DNA of 64,000 nt from an uncultured Chloroflexia bacterium (GTDB lineage: Bacteria; Chloroflexota; Anaerolineae; B4-G1; SLSP01): contig CAVVUS010000014.1 in NCBI GenBank assembly GCA_963751345.1, forward strand, positions 64,001-128,000, written 5' to 3'. The notes under the pieces are model-generated. The model was not told the origin of the DNA, did not search any database, and saw only the letters and a list, made by a program, of their open reading frames with translations. Shown piece by piece: positions 61,780 through 64,000 of this stretch. Made by a program: the position numbers and the translations under genes. Position 1 is the stretch's first letter. Each line of letters starts with the position of its first letter.

Positions 61780-62760
61780 ATGGATATCGTAAGACTGGGA
61801 CGTTCAGGGCTCAAAGTATCACGCATCTGCCTGGGGACCATGACCTTCGGCTCGGGTGCCGACGAGGCTATGTCCTTCAGCTTGATGGATCGGTTCGTGG
61901 AATTGGGCGGCACCTTCCTCGATACCGCGAACGTCTACAACGGCGGGGCATCCGAGGAAATCGTTGGCCGCTGGATCAAAGAGCGCGGCGTCAGGGACGA
62001 CGTTGTACTGGCCACGAAGGTCTACGGGGCCACGGGGCCTGGGCCAAACGAAGCCGGGCTCTCCCGGATCAACATTCAGCGGGCGGTGGAGGCCAGCCTC
62101 AAACGCTTGCAGACCGACGTGATCGATCTCTACCAGATTCACCGGTGGGATTTCGAATCGCCGCCCGAGGAGACGCTGGGGGCGCTCGACGACCTGGTTC
62201 GCCAGGGCAAGGTACGCTACATCGGCTGTTCGAACTTGAAGGGGTGGCATCTCGCCAAGTACCTTGCGCTCGCGGCGACGCACCACCAGTCGCGGTTCGT
62301 GAGCATCCAGCCGCTTTACAGCGCGCTCAACCGCAGCATCGAGAACGAGGTCCTCGACGTGTGCGCCAATGAGGGCCTGGGCGTGATCCCCTACAATCCG
62401 TTGGCAGGTGGGGTATTGACCGGCAAGTACAAGCGTGGGCAGCCGCTTCCCGAGGATACGCGTCTGAGCGACTCGGAGGCCTATCGCCAGCGCTACTACA
62501 CCGAGACCACATTCGACATCGTGGAGGCCTTCGTCGAGGCCGCGGCGGAACGCGGCGTCACCCCGGCGCAGTTAGCCCTCGCGTGGGTTATGGCGGAGCC
62601 GCGCATCACCAGCCCCATCATCGGAGCCAGGAATCTGCGTCAGCTCAACGACACGCTGGGGCGGCTCGACTTCCAGCTCACGCCCGAGGATCGCGCCGAG
62701 ATCCCGTCCGTGCTGCCGGGCCGCTGGGTGGGCAGGGATCCCGTGTACGACCGGACGTAG
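61780..62760 (+). CDS. Aldo/keto reductase
   Basis: LGTMTFG, DTANVY, ATK, DLYQIH, GKVRYIGCSN, PLAGG. Confidence 0.92.
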   Translation: MDIVRLGRSGLKVSRICLGTMTFGSGADEAMSFSLMDRFVELGGTFLDTANVYNGGASEEIVGRWIKERGVRDDVVLATKVYGATGPGPNEAGLSRINIQRAVEASLKRLQTDVIDLYQIHRWDFESPPEETLGALDDLVRQGKVRYIGCSNLKGWHLAKYLALAATHHQSRFVSIQPLYSALNRSIENEVLDVCANEGLGVIPYNPLAGGVLTGKYKRGQPLPEDTRLSDSEAYRQRYYTETTFDIVEAFVEAAAERGVTPAQLALAWVMAEPRITSPIIGARNLRQLNDTLGRLDFQLTPEDRAEIPSVLPGRWVGRDPVYDRT

Positions 62761-62765
62761 GGGCT

Positions 62766-62810
62766 AAAACGTTGGAACGTTCAAACGTTTGAACGTTCCA
62801 ACGTTTTTTT
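62766..62810 (+). terminator. Palindromic terminator built from AACGTT units
   Basis: AAAACGTTGGAACGTTCAAACGTTTGAACGTTCCAACGTTTTTTT. Confidence 0.7.
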
Positions 62811-62815
62811 CATAC

Positions 62816-62844
62816 TTGACACCAGCACGACTTTCGGGTACTAT
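62816..62844 (+). promoter_or_regulatory. Sigma70-type promoter
   Basis: TTGACA (62816) - 17 bp - TACTAT (62839). Confidence 0.8.
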
Positions 62845-62861
62845 TGGTCACAATCTAAATA

Positions 62862-63218
62862 CAGAACAGCGTTGAACCGGAGAAGTAACATCGGCACGCG
62901 CGCCAGAGATGTGAGCCCAGCGGTGAAAGCTCACTCGCACACGGCAGATGTGAATGGACCGGGGAGCTGCCAGCCCGAACATGTATCCGGGGACGGATCT
63001 GGGTGGGGTCGGCCGGAGTCGCCACCGTTATCAAGGCAGAGGGTATCGGTTGTAGCTGGAACATAACCCGTACCTGCAAGAGTGGAGCTGGCTAATCGCG
63101 TCACACGACGCGATTTTTTGCGTTTATATAGGCATCACACACCAGCTCAAGTAGGGTGGCACCACGGGAAGCAAAACGCCTCTCGTCCCTTTTAGGGATG
63201 AGAGGCGTTTTTTGTTTT
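62862..63218 (+). ncRNA. T-box riboswitch (Trp specifier) with terminator
   Basis: Stem I AGAGA and GGTGAA motifs; GAA-TGG specifier (TGG at 62955-62957); T-box AGGGTGGCACCACGG near 63153; terminator AAAACGCCTCTCGTCCCT/AGGGATGAGAGGCGTTTT. Confidence 0.9.
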
Positions 63219-63245
63219 CCCAGCCGAGGATGAGGGGGAGTGAGA

Positions 63246-64000
63246 ATGAACACGACACAAAGACAGATGTCACGCAGCCAGTTTCGACAGGGCGCACAAC
63301 AGGGTGTCCTCGTGCCCGTCTATCGGGAACTGCCGGCCGACCTGGAGACGCCGGTCTCCGTCTATCTCAAACTGCGAGGCACGGGACCGAGCTTCCTGCT
63401 GGAGAGCGTGGAGCGTGCGGAGCAGATCGGACGGTACTCATTCCTGGGGTTCAATCCGCAACGCCAGATCATCACCCGCGGGCGAGAGCTAACCCTGGTT
63501 GAGGGCGATCGTACCGAGATCCGCAGCCTCGCCGAGGATGAGGATCCACTGGATGTCGTCAAGGCCGTGCTCGGCCGATTTCAGCCCATCGCGCCGGTCC
63601 ACGATCTGGTCACGGGCCTGCCGCGTTTCTTCGGCGGGGCCGTGGGTTACCTCGGGTATGACCTCGTGCGCTTCTTCGAGCACCTGCCCGACGACGAGGA
63701 CACCGATGACCTGGGACTGCCGGACCTTCACCTCCTTATCACGGACACGCTCGTCGTCTTCGATCACGTTCAGCACCGGCTGCTGCTCTTCGCCAATGCC
63801 CACGTCCCCGCGGGGAGCGACATCGAGGCAGCATACGAGGAGGCGGTGTCACGGCTCGATGCGCTCGAAACGAAGCTCCAGGCGCCCCTGTCCCTGCCAC
63901 CCACCGCGGCACGGGCCGATGGCCACGCTCTCTCCTCGACGATGACGCAGCCGCAATACGAGGCCGCGGTGCGCGCAGGGAAAGCCTACATCAAGGCAGG
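63246..64000 (+). CDS. trpE: Anthranilate synthase component I (truncated by window edge; not in ORF track)
   Basis: ADLETPVSVYLKL, SFLLESVE...GRYSFLG, LPRFFGGAVGYLGYD; downstream of a Trp T-box. Confidence 0.9.
   Translation, partial: MNTTQRQMSRSQFRQGAQQGVLVPVYRELPADLETPVSVYLKLRGTGPSFLLESVERAEQIGRYSFLGFNPQRQIITRGRELTLVEGDRTEIRSLAEDEDPLDVVKAVLGRFQPIAPVHDLVTGLPRFFGGAVGYLGYDLVRFFEHLPDDEDTDDLGLPDLHLLITDTLVVFDHVQHRLLLFANAHVPAGSDIEAAYEEAVSRLDALETKLQAPLSLPPTAARADGHALSSTMTQPQYEAAVRAGKAYIKA

Noticed and set aside
1-64000. CRISPR array, tRNA, rRNA or IS transposase
   Set aside because: No regularly spaced repeat-spacer series, cloverleaf, rRNA-like segment or transposase ORF recognised.

Overview
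GC-rich bacterial chromosomal window. The gene families, the T-box-controlled trpE and the repeat types suggest Chloroflexota/Anaerolineae (inference only). Scattered 1-nt frameshifts, several in short homopolymers, suggest an imperfectly polished long-read assembly. Ordinary content includes carbohydrate enzymes (GH29, GH92, GH149, sulfatase, PIG-L deacetylase, NagB-like, UxuA, enolase-superfamily dehydratase), two-component systems, a MacAB-like exporter, HtrA, SBP/vWA genes and a Trp T-box plus trpE. The standout is at 29596-33405 (-). An ECF sigma factor with an ECF-type promoter is translationally coupled (ATGA overlap) to one ~1050-codon gene split here by three frameshifts. That gene strings the conserved catalytic blocks of RNA polymerase beta and then beta' into one miniature chain. 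It keeps DxDGD, both catalytic lysines, the clamp helices and the bridge helix, and apparently lacks the flap, zinc finger and trigger loop. Two other notable items: a tandemly duplicated divergent cassette of a BTAD-pseudocyclase-NTPase-TPR regulator and a secreted HExxH protein, with 11-bp-phased repeats in one spacer; and an OmpR/MprA-like regulon readable from TCTCAG boxes at three intergenic regions. All alignments to known proteins were made by eye from recalled motifs.
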